Part shown: positions 16,049 to 23,321 of the stretch, in pieces
How positions within the stretch are numbered: position 1 is the first letter of the stretch
Layout of the letters: every line of letters begins with the position of its first letter
NCBI RefSeq assembly: GCF_000025945.1
Contig: NC_006138.1
Location: 3,420,001 to 3,452,000, forward strand
Length of the DNA: 32,000 nucleotides
From: Desulfotalea psychrophila LSv54
GTDB taxonomy: Bacteria; Desulfobacterota; Desulfobulbia; Desulfobulbales; Desulfocapsaceae
Direction: 5' to 3'
The notes under the pieces: model-generated
The model's input: only the letters and a program-made list of their open reading frames with translations
Database searches by the model: none
Told to the model about the DNA's origin: nothing
Program-made: the position numbers and the translations under genes

Positions 16049-16864
16049 CTAACGTAAATTCAGCGACGCTATGGAAAATGGAGTAAGCATAAGAGGCTGG
16101 GTCGGTAGCTGAATAGGCAACTTCAACTCCTTCTCAAAGACCCCTACAACCCCGGGCAAACAACAGGTACCGCCAGAGAGCAAAATAGTCTCCACCTCCT
16201 GACCCCTTATATGATCTGCCACAATATCAGTCACCCGTTCCAAGGTTGGACGGACAATACTGAGAATATTAAATTCAGCGGCCTTGCGTTTACGCTGCTC
16301 TGCCTCTTCTATAGAGATATCATAGTAACCGGCAATGGTCAGAGAAAGATGCTTACCGCCCGTAGGCTCGTCATCACTAAAAACCACCTGACTATTCCTC
16401 ACCACAGCAGTACCGGTGGTACCACCACCAATATCAACAATGGCGGCCTTATTCAGATCAAGAAGATGAGCAACACAGCTTGGCTCATCCTCTACATAGG
16501 TGACCTCAAGCCCCACAGATTCCAAGATATTTATCGAGAGGCGCGCATCTGTTCCCGGAGGAAAAGATGTCGAGGCTTGGGTGATTTCACAGCCAAGACG
16601 CTCTTCGGCCTGCTTGATAAAGCGACGGACAATATCAATAGCGCCGACATAATCGACAACCACGCCATCACGTACCACCTCTGCCCATTCCAGGAAAACG
16701 GCAACAGGTTCGCCCTCGGCATCAATGGCCATCAAGACAACATCGGCTGTACCTAAATCAATACCAACGTGAATTGGCCCCTCTACTTCAACTGCTTCGG
16801 TATCATTAATCATTGCCGCAGCACGGTCGAGCCTTTCGCAGGCGAGTTCCCATGAAATAGCCAT
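16049..16864 (-). CDS. eutJ: EutJ-like actin/Hsp70-fold ATPase (putative BMC chaperone)
   Basis: Contains VGIDLGTADVVLMA, DGVVVDYVGA, IVDIGGGTTGTAV and LSGGTCCLPG. The start is set at ATG 16864 (MAISWELA...), directly abutting the AldDH-B stop; the track ORF extends to 16942 and overlaps AldDH. Present only in module B. Confidence 0.88.
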   Translation of the reverse strand: MAISWELACERLDRAAAMINDTEAVEVEGPIHVGIDLGTADVVLMAIDAEGEPVAVFLEWAEVVRDGVVVDYVGAIDIVRRFIKQAEERLGCEITQASTSFPPGTDARLSINILESVGLEVTYVEDEPSCVAHLLDLNKAAIVDIGGGTTGTAVVRNSQVVFSDDEPTGGKHLSLTIAGYYDISIEEAEQRKRKAAEFNILSIVRPTLERVTDIVADHIRGQEVETILLSGGTCCLPGVVGVFEKELKLPIQLPTQPLMLTPFSIASLNLR

Positions 16865-16865
16865 A

Positions 16866-18293
16866 CTAGACAATCCTAAAGCTGCCGACAAGGGCACAGC
16901 GACGAAGACGAACAAAGGTCGCTGCGTTAGTAACACCTTCACCGGTTGGAGTGGAGATAGTCATGGAAGTCCAACCTTCACCGCCTGCACCAAGTCCGGC
17001 AATATGGGGACCATTTTTCACAAAGAGACTGGTATTAACGGCCTTGGCCATTCTCTCCATATTGTGAATATTGGTGGAGTGCAGACCAGCGGTATGACTC
17101 AAACCGCGTTCAAGCATAAGAGCCCACTCAAGAGCTTGATCAAAGTTACGGGCACGAACAACAGGAATAAGCGGCATCATCTGCTCGGTTACAGCAAAAG
17201 GATGACGGGCGTCACCTTTTACGTCAACAAAGAGAAGTTTACAACCAGCAGGAATGGTTACTCCGATAAGCTCTGCAAGCTTATAGGCATCACGGCCAAC
17301 CCATTTAGGATTAGCACGACACTTATCGGTACCGTAATCAAGAAGAACGGTCTTACCAATGGCCTCTGCCTGCTCAAGAGAAATTTCAAAGGCACCAGCG
17401 GCGACAAACTCACGCTTAAACTGATCCGCTACAGACTCAACAACAATAATCTCTTTCTCGTTGGCGCAGATGAGGTTGTTATCAAAGGAGGCACCGATAT
17501 AAATACTTTCAGCAGCACGGGCAAGATCCGCTGTCTCATCAACCACAACGGGAGGATTACCAGCACCTGCGGCAATAAGACGCTTATCGGTGACCTTACG
17601 AGCAGCCTTAACAACGGCTTCACCACCGGTTACGGTGAGAAGATTAATTCCCGGATAGGTAAAGAGACGTTGGGCCGCATCAAGAGATGGCTCTTTAATG
17701 CAAACGAGCAGGTTATTAATACCAGTCTCCTCTGCAATAGCCTTATTCATGAGCTTAATAGCCTCTTGAGTGATGCGCTTTGCGGCAGGATGCGGAGCAA
17801 AGACAACTGCATTACCACCTGAGATCATACTGATACCGTTATTAATAACAGTTGATCCAGGATTGGTAGAGGGAGTAACCGAGGCAATAACACCCCAAGG
17901 AGCATTCTCTATAAGGGTAAAGCCATCATCACCGGTAATTGCCGTGGGCTGAAGAATCTCAGGACCCGGAGTGCTGTTGGCCACAAGCAGTGTTTTCAAC
18001 ACCTTATCTTCTATATTGCCCATGCCCGTTTCTGCAACAGCCTTCTCAGCAAGGGGACGTGCATTCATCCGGGCGGCACGACGCATTACCTCAACGACAC
18101 GGGTACGCATAGCAACAGTATCAATAAGCTTGCAAGCCGCCTTAGCTGCCGCAACGGCATCATCCAACTCATCAAAGACACCCCAATCACCTGCTGCCGA
18201 GCCAGACAAAACAGGAGCACCCTGCTGAACATTACCTATTTGAGAAATAACCTCTGCGACAATAGACTCAATTTGTTCGCGGCCAATAGACAT
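16866..18293 (-). CDS. eutE: CoA-acylating aldehyde dehydrogenase (EutE/PduP family) with N-terminal encapsulation peptide, copy B
   Basis: 475 aa. By eye roughly nine in ten residues are identical to copy A. It has the same catalytic motif ICANEKE. The N-terminus is MSIGREQIESIVAEVISQIG. Confidence 0.93.
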   Translation of the reverse strand: MSIGREQIESIVAEVISQIGNVQQGAPVLSGSAAGDWGVFDELDDAVAAAKAACKLIDTVAMRTRVVEVMRRAARMNARPLAEKAVAETGMGNIEDKVLKTLLVANSTPGPEILQPTAITGDDGFTLIENAPWGVIASVTPSTNPGSTVINNGISMISGGNAVVFAPHPAAKRITQEAIKLMNKAIAEETGINNLLVCIKEPSLDAAQRLFTYPGINLLTVTGGEAVVKAARKVTDKRLIAAGAGNPPVVVDETADLARAAESIYIGASFDNNLICANEKEIIVVESVADQFKREFVAAGAFEISLEQAEAIGKTVLLDYGTDKCRANPKWVGRDAYKLAELIGVTIPAGCKLLFVDVKGDARHPFAVTEQMMPLIPVVRARNFDQALEWALMLERGLSHTAGLHSTNIHNMERMAKAVNTSLFVKNGPHIAGLGAGGEGWTSMTISTPTGEGVTNAATFVRLRRCALVGSFRIV

Positions 18294-18314
18294 CTCTTAC
18301 CCCACTCTCTAATT

Positions 18315-18602
18315 TTATTTACTATAAATCACTTCATTCAGAGCACTGATCTGGTCAACAATGGCAACAACGCTCAGGTCAATCGGTGGCTTCCCTCCGC
18401 CCACCACAAGCGCGGCACCACTTCCCCGCACCAGGAGGACATACTCGCCCTCTCCGGCACCGAGAGTATCTGCAGCCACATGTCCCTCGCGTCTTACCAC
18501 ACCATCAGCGCGAATGAAGTCAACAAGAAGCAAGCTTGTATGGGGAACCTTAGGATCACGAATGGTAGCAACTACCTGACCTCTTACTCTTGCCAATTCC
18601 AT
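18315..18602 (-). CDS. eutN: BMC vertex pentamer (EutN/PduN/CcmL family), copy B
   Basis: The start is set at ATG 18602 (MELARVRGQVVATIRDP...), giving 95 aa. By hand alignment about two-thirds of residues are identical to copy A, with a 1-aa indel. Confidence 0.9.
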   Translation of the reverse strand: MELARVRGQVVATIRDPKVPHTSLLLVDFIRADGVVRREGHVAADTLGAGEGEYVLLVRGSGAALVVGGGKPPIDLSVVAIVDQISALNEVIYSK

Positions 18603-18649
18603 ACTCTTTCTCCCCAACCACACATTACTTCACAGACTGCGTGATTTAA

Positions 18650-18928
18650 TTATTTATTCAATTTAATTGGAAAAATTTCCTCAAGGTCCTGATGAGGACG
18701 AGGAATAACATGGGCGGCAATAAGCTTACCCATACGTTTTGCGGCTGCAGCGCCCGCATCTATTGCAGCCTTACAGGCAGCGACATCGCCACGAATAAGC
18801 ACACAGACATAACCACCACCAATACGCTCGTAACTCACCAACTCTACCTGAGCCGCCTTGGTCATAACATCTGCTGCCTCTATAAGGCCGGTAATACCTT
18901 TTGCCTCTAATATTCCAAGAGCATCCAT
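18650..18928 (-). CDS. eutM: BMC-H hexamer shell protein, copy B
   Basis: 92 aa, with 6 differences from 10708-10986 (hand count). Confidence 0.95.
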   Translation of the reverse strand: MDALGILEAKGITGLIEAADVMTKAAQVELVSYERIGGGYVCVLIRGDVAACKAAIDAGAAAAKRMGKLIAAHVIPRPHQDLEEIFPIKLNK

Positions 18929-18945
18929 ACTATGTCCTCTGTTTT

Positions 18946-19314
18946 CTATTTTTTGACTGCCTTAGAAGCCAATTCTTTCGCGGGCTTAGCTGCCGCAATA
19001 GCGGCAGCTGCCTTTTCCTCTGCAAAAACAGAACCAATTTTATCGGTCAAAAGAGCTTCAAGGCTTTCATCTGGACGGCCAATAACGTTGGTACCGACAC
19101 ATTCACCCAAGCGAGAGCCAGCTGCCTTACCGGCATCTACGGCTGCGCCAACTGCGGCAAGATCACCCTCACAGATAACGGTTACACCACCTGCTGCATC
19201 CGTGGTTATGGTCTTCACAGACACGCGAGCAGCCTTAGCCATAGCATCAGCAACTTCAATGGCGGCAACCAGACCAACAACTTCAACAAAACCTATAGAA
19301 CCATCCATGCTCAT
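18946..19314 (-). CDS. BMC-H shell protein with Ala/Lys-rich C-terminal extension, copy B
   Basis: 122 aa (or 120 aa from ATG 19308). It has a BMC domain plus the tail [39 protein letters not shown]. Confidence 0.9.
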   Translation of the reverse strand: MSMDGSIGFVEVVGLVAAIEVADAMAKAARVSVKTITTDAAGGVTVICEGDLAAVGAAVDAGKAAGSRLGECVGTNVIGRPDESLEALLTDKIGSVFAEEKAAAAIAAAKPAKELASKAVKK

Positions 19315-19343
19315 CTTACCTCTTTTAATTGGTTAGCCCGCAC

Positions 19344-19901
19344 CTACAATATACTACTCATAACCTCTGGAGTAACACTTGGAATCACAACAGAACGGAC
19401 AAGCATTGCAGTCTCGGCACAGGCATCAGCTGCTGCCTGGGTTGCCATACTGACTGCAGCCACATCACCGGTGAGAAGACAAAAAGCCTTACCACCAAGA
19501 CCCATGGCAATACGTACTTCGGCAATATCTACCTCGGCAGTCTTCGCGGCACGATCTGCGGCCACAATTGCAGAGGATGCAGAAAAAGTCTCTATAATAC
19601 CAAGAGAACAACCCTGTGGTTTACCGGCAATACCGGACATTGCAGAAATAACGGATTGGTCAATGCTAGGAATTACGAAATGATCCGCTACGGCGCCATC
19701 GGCACCGTCAATACCAGCAGCCACGGAAGCCTGAACCGCAGCCACGTCACCGTGTACCGCTGCAAGAAACTTACCAGGACAGATGGTCTTCATCATCAAA
19801 ATCTCTACACTGGAGGCCTTCATCATACGATCTGCGGCTTCAATACCGGCTGCAATGCTGGTAAATTCTATCATTCCAACTGACTGAATATAAGCTGTCA
19901 T
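19344..19901 (-). CDS. pduT: PduT-type tandem BMC-T shell protein, copy B
   Basis: 185 aa, with 8 differences from copy A (hand count). KTICPGKF is retained, and residues 99-181 are identical. Confidence 0.9.
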   Translation of the reverse strand: MTAYIQSVGMIEFTSIAAGIEAADRMMKASSVEILMMKTICPGKFLAAVHGDVAAVQASVAAGIDGADGAVADHFVIPSIDQSVISAMSGIAGKPQGCSLGIIETFSASSAIVAADRAAKTAEVDIAEVRIAMGLGGKAFCLLTGDVAAVSMATQAAADACAETAMLVRSVVIPSVTPEVMSSIL

Positions 19902-19903
19902 GA

Positions 19904-21247
19904 CTACGCTCCTTTAATCACTACTTCATTACCTACTTCCATTACAGTACCTGCAATAGAGGCATGAATTTTTGCACCCAAGGCTCCCTTAGGCACTGCA
20001 CCAATCAACTGACCCACCTTGACAACATCACCTTTTTTGACCTGAGCCACAGATGGTGCACCGATATGCTGATGAAGCGGAATACGCACCTCAGCAGGAA
20101 TATAATCACCGGTGAAGGCAGGATGAAGATCCATAAAACGATCTATACCAATCTTCAAAGCCAAACGAGGCACTGGCACCTTACGATAAGGGCGCATGTC
20201 TGATTGGGCAGGAATCACTGCTCGAGAGCCCTCGTAAGGAATCCTTTCCTGACGCATTTTTGCTCTAATGGCAGCATTGATACGACGAGGAGAAAGGCCC
20301 ATGGGACAGCTAAACATTTCACAGACGCCACATTCACAACAGAGAAAAGCCTGTTCAAGGCCAGCACCATTCAATCCACCCGCAGCAAAGGCACGCATCA
20401 CCTTATGGGTTTGAAAATCCTGACCTATAAGATAGCGCGGACAAAGATCGGTACAGAGGCGACACTGAATACAGGTACTGGCAGCCTGACGTTCCATGGT
20501 ATGGATATCACGACTGGCCATCACATGCAGATAATGACCTCGGGGCAGAACAATGAGTCCACCGGTGGTCTTAGTCACCATCTTAGTGGCAAAGTCCTCT
20601 TCGGAATCCACCATGCGACCCATCATAGGGCCACCAAGAATGTATATAGGATCGGCGACAGTTGAGCCACCACAATGAGCAAGACACTCGCTCATCTTAG
20701 TTCCCAAAGGCACACGAATAACAGCAGGAGAGCCAACATCACCGGTTACGGTAACAATCTTATGAGTTAAGGGTGTTCCCTTAATGGCTGCAGCTACCTC
20801 AGCCAAAGTGCCCACATTGGCAACAACTGCACCAACATCTTTAGGTAGACCAAGAGGCGGAATGGTCTTTCCAGTTACCTCGTAAACCAAAGCCTGCTCA
20901 TCACCTGCTGGATAAAAGTTATCCAATTGGGCAAGCTCCAGGCCTGTTCCTTCTATACAGTCCGCAAATATTTTTGCTATCTCGGTATACTTACTCTTTA
21001 TACCGATAACACCGCGGGTAGCTCCCGTAACGGAGACGATGGCCTGCATCGCAACAACAATATCCGCTGCACGGGTACGCATAATATGTTGATCAGTATG
21101 CAACAGTGGCTCACACTCACAACCGTTGGCTATAACTGTATCCACCTGCGTGTCATATTTAACATGGGCGGGAAAACCTGCTCCGCCCTCGCCCACAATA
21201 CCGGCATCCAGTATCGAGCGAAGAAGACTATCTTTATTCATGATCAT
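19904..21247 (-). CDS. pduS: PduS/RnfC-like flavin and Fe-S oxidoreductase, copy B
   Basis: 447 aa. The first 84 residues are identical to copy A, and divergence rises toward the C-terminus. Both 4Fe-4S motifs are retained. Confidence 0.9.
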   Translation of the reverse strand: MIMNKDSLLRSILDAGIVGEGGAGFPAHVKYDTQVDTVIANGCECEPLLHTDQHIMRTRAADIVVAMQAIVSVTGATRGVIGIKSKYTEIAKIFADCIEGTGLELAQLDNFYPAGDEQALVYEVTGKTIPPLGLPKDVGAVVANVGTLAEVAAAIKGTPLTHKIVTVTGDVGSPAVIRVPLGTKMSECLAHCGGSTVADPIYILGGPMMGRMVDSEEDFATKMVTKTTGGLIVLPRGHYLHVMASRDIHTMERQAASTCIQCRLCTDLCPRYLIGQDFQTHKVMRAFAAGGLNGAGLEQAFLCCECGVCEMFSCPMGLSPRRINAAIRAKMRQERIPYEGSRAVIPAQSDMRPYRKVPVPRLALKIGIDRFMDLHPAFTGDYIPAEVRIPLHQHIGAPSVAQVKKGDVVKVGQLIGAVPKGALGAKIHASIAGTVMEVGNEVVIKGA

Positions 21248-21286
21248 CTCTTTGGGGTCGCTAGAGAGCTACAAAAAAAACGGCTA

Positions 21287-21565
21287 CTATTTGTCACGTT
21301 TGAAGGGAAATACTTCTTCCAGGTCACCATGTGGACGTGGAATAACGTGTACAGCTACCACCTCGCCAATACGTGCGGCTGCTGCTGCACCTGCATCGGT
21401 TGCTGCTTTACATGCTGCAACATCACCACGAACAATCGCAGTTACCAAACCAGCACCAATTTGTTTGTAACCTACAAGTTGTACACGAGCAGCCTTTACC
21501 ATTGCATCTGAAGCTTCAATAAGTGCGATCAAGCCCTTAGTTTCAATCATTCCTAATGAATCCAT
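21287..21565 (-). CDS. BMC-H hexamer shell protein, copy B
   Basis: 92 aa. It has one amino-acid difference (T13I) from 13359-13637 despite about two dozen nucleotide differences (hand count). Confidence 0.95.
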   Translation of the reverse strand: MDSLGMIETKGLIALIEASDAMVKAARVQLVGYKQIGAGLVTAIVRGDVAACKAATDAGAAAAARIGEVVAVHVIPRPHGDLEEVFPFKRDK

Positions 21566-21623
21566 TGTATTTCTCCAAGTTTCGTATAACGAAAAAGTTT
21601 TACTCTATTTTGCTACCATCCAT

Positions 21624-21668
21624 TTATAGGCACTGACCTACAACGGCAATTTTCTATACCATCCGCAT
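21624..21668 (-). pseudogene. Remnant of the 3' end of pta/eutD in module B
   Basis: ttataggcactgacctacaacggcaa is identical over 26 nt to the last codons plus stop of pta-A (13697-13722). A further ~20 nt are similar with a 1-nt indel, and homology is then lost. No pta ORF is present in module B. Confidence 0.8.
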
Positions 21669-21759
21669 CCTGGAGCCGCTCAAGGGGAGGAGACACCCTA
21701 GAGCACAAAAGAGGCTCAATACAGGCACGGATCGTCTACTATAACAACATTCGCTTTGA

Positions 21760-22440
21760 TTACTCTGCAGGCTTATTAACGCAGGCTATACGCACAGAGG
21801 TAGGAGTACTGCAAATCACTTCGACAGCCTTAGGGAAATAAACCATATCACCTGCCTCGGCCACCATTTTTTTACCGTCAACCTCAAGATGAAGGGTACC
21901 TGCTACCACCACCGCCACCTCAGGTGATTTTAGCGTACGGGTAAAAGATCCCTTTTCCCATTGCATATGACCGCCAACAAGAGAGGTACCTGCAGTCAAC
22001 TCTTTAACAGCCAAAGAAGCACCATCATTTTCTCTGACAAGACGATCTTCCTCAATGAGAGAGACACCAGCACAAGAGGCAACCACGCCTTCCACTGGAG
22101 ATTGAACAACAACTGGTTCGGCAAGCTTGGCCGTAACAACACGACGAACAAGAGACTCTAAGGCATCTGCTGCCGGGGCTCCCGCCACAGATTCCTGAAT
22201 AATGCCACACACCTCAGCAATAAGGGTGTCCGTTGCGGAAGATCCACGCACAGGGACATAAGAACAGTTCTCCTGAGCTACAAGTCCTGGAGCCTCAAAA
22301 AGTATTTCAACCCCCTGTGCCTGCGCCATTTCAACTGCCTGCTGAGTGACAATGCATTCCTGGGGCGGACATAGGATTGATTTATGACAACCTTGGAGAA
22401 CCTTTTCAATATCGGCCTCGCTTATAATCCGCTTTCCCAT
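21760..22440 (-). CDS. eutQ: EutQ-like cupin protein, copy B (lacks the Ala/Pro linker)
   Basis: 226 aa. N-terminus is MGKRIISEADIEKVL...CPPQECIVTQQA, with the cupin GGHMQWEKGSF...GDMVYFPKA. It is the most diverged paralog pair in the two modules. Confidence 0.85.
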   Translation of the reverse strand: MGKRIISEADIEKVLQGCHKSILCPPQECIVTQQAVEMAQAQGVEILFEAPGLVAQENCSYVPVRGSSATDTLIAEVCGIIQESVAGAPAADALESLVRRVVTAKLAEPVVVQSPVEGVVASCAGVSLIEEDRLVRENDGASLAVKELTAGTSLVGGHMQWEKGSFTRTLKSPEVAVVVAGTLHLEVDGKKMVAEAGDMVYFPKAVEVICSTPTSVRIACVNKPAE

Positions 22441-22616
22441 GCAATCTCCCTTAATATATACAAAACACCTGCTCCCCTCTCTAGGAAAGAGAACAAAAAA
22501 CCATCTTATTTTCCATCTATCGCACTAAGTCTCTATTTTTTCAAACATATGCCAAGAAAAAAGATCCTGTCCTGGCCAGTCTCCCATATAGAGAAGAAAA
22601 AGATTCCCTTTTTTCT

Positions 22617-22632
22617 AGCAATTATCGTGCTA
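22617..22632 (-). promoter_or_regulatory. Sigma-54-like element with a degenerate -24 box, upstream of operon B
   Basis: The minus strand reads TAGCACGATAATTGCT (GCAC-N5-TTGCT). It lies 177 nt upstream of the eutQ-B ATG and is syntenic with 15692-15707. Confidence 0.35.
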
Positions 22633-22785
22633 GAAGCCACTTTTTTCCCCTTTTTATAAAAATTCAAAAAGCAAGAGCCTATTTTAAAAGGATTTAGAAA
22701 CAAAAAGACGGACTCGACAACAAGGAAAAAGCAGATTCCAGCAAAAGAATGTTTTAACAGATTACAAGGACAAAAAAAGACATTT

Positions 22786-22801
22786 GTTGCATTTCTGCAC
22801 A
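22786..22801 (+). promoter_or_regulatory. GTTGC-N6-GCAC motif copy
   Basis: GTTGCATTTCTGCACA. It is followed by AAGAGCCA...GGCCC, which resembles a decayed copy of the operon terminators. Confidence 0.45.
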
Positions 22802-22890
22802 AGAGCCAGACATTCACAAGGCCCCTTTTTTTCTAGCAAAGATACTCTCTCCACCAATTAACAATCCTTACACATATAGAGAAACCAACC

Positions 22891-22906
22891 GTTGCTTTTT
22901 TGCACA
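22891..22906 (+). promoter_or_regulatory. GTTGC-N6-GCAC motif copy
   Basis: GTTGCTTTTTTGCACA, read directly. Confidence 0.45.
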
Positions 22907-22969
22907 AAGCAGAGTAAGCATAGTAACCTACTGTTTACTCACTGTTTAAGCAAGGAGGCAAATTTTACC

Positions 22970-22985
22970 GAGGCATTTTTGCACC
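22970..22985 (+). promoter_or_regulatory. Degenerate motif copy (GAGGC-N6-GCAC)
   Basis: GAGGCATTTTTGCACC. The left half-site is imperfect. Confidence 0.3.
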
Positions 22986-23175
22986 AAAACAGCAAGAGCC
23001 AAGCGACAGAGGTCACAATAAAAATAAAATTTTAAAATCTTCCAAGCCCCTTAACAGAAAAAACCACCTATATATATTAAATACCCCAAATCCTCCTCCT
23101 AAAAAGTCGGCCATAAGCATCCGCTGCACCCTCTTTTTCTTGTTTTTTTGGGGAAAATCTTTTTTTTTAACAATT

Positions 23176-23191
23176 TGGCACTGTCTTTGCT
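23176..23191 (+). promoter_or_regulatory. Canonical sigma-54 (-24/-12) promoter for the amidohydrolase-fold gene
   Basis: TGGCACTGTCTTTGCT (TGGCAC-N5-TTGC, GG-N10-GC). The -12 element lies ~130 nt upstream of ATG 23322. Confidence 0.7.
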
Positions 23192-23321
23192 GAGAATATT
23201 CAGCAAGTTTTAAGGTTATTTTTTCTTCCACTTGTCTGTAGAGATGAATTTTAACTGATATTTCGGCGTAAAACATTATTTACGCCTTCATTATACATGA
23301 TAAACCATAAGAGGATTCGCA

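Larger units (their letters stand above)
16866..21668. repeat. Segmental duplication, copy B
   Basis: Collinear with 8924-13745; see copy A. Confidence 0.95.

Noticed and set aside
8924-21668. The duplication considered as an assembly artefact or a very recent event.
   Set aside because: The copies differ throughout, mostly at silent sites: about 24 nt but only 1 aa in one 279-nt gene. They also have indels, different flanking genes (pta versus eutJ), and strongly diverged eutN and eutQ paralogs.
22441-23321. Small ORFs in the 881-nt divergent intergenic region (22384-22659, 22533-22817, 23013-23276, 23280-23615), including a GGAGGAGG on the minus strand near 23090.
   Set aside because: Their products are low-complexity and rich in homopolymer-derived residues. 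There is no suitably spaced start after the RBS-like sequence. The region is better explained as regulatory DNA containing motif copies, A/T tracts and promoters.
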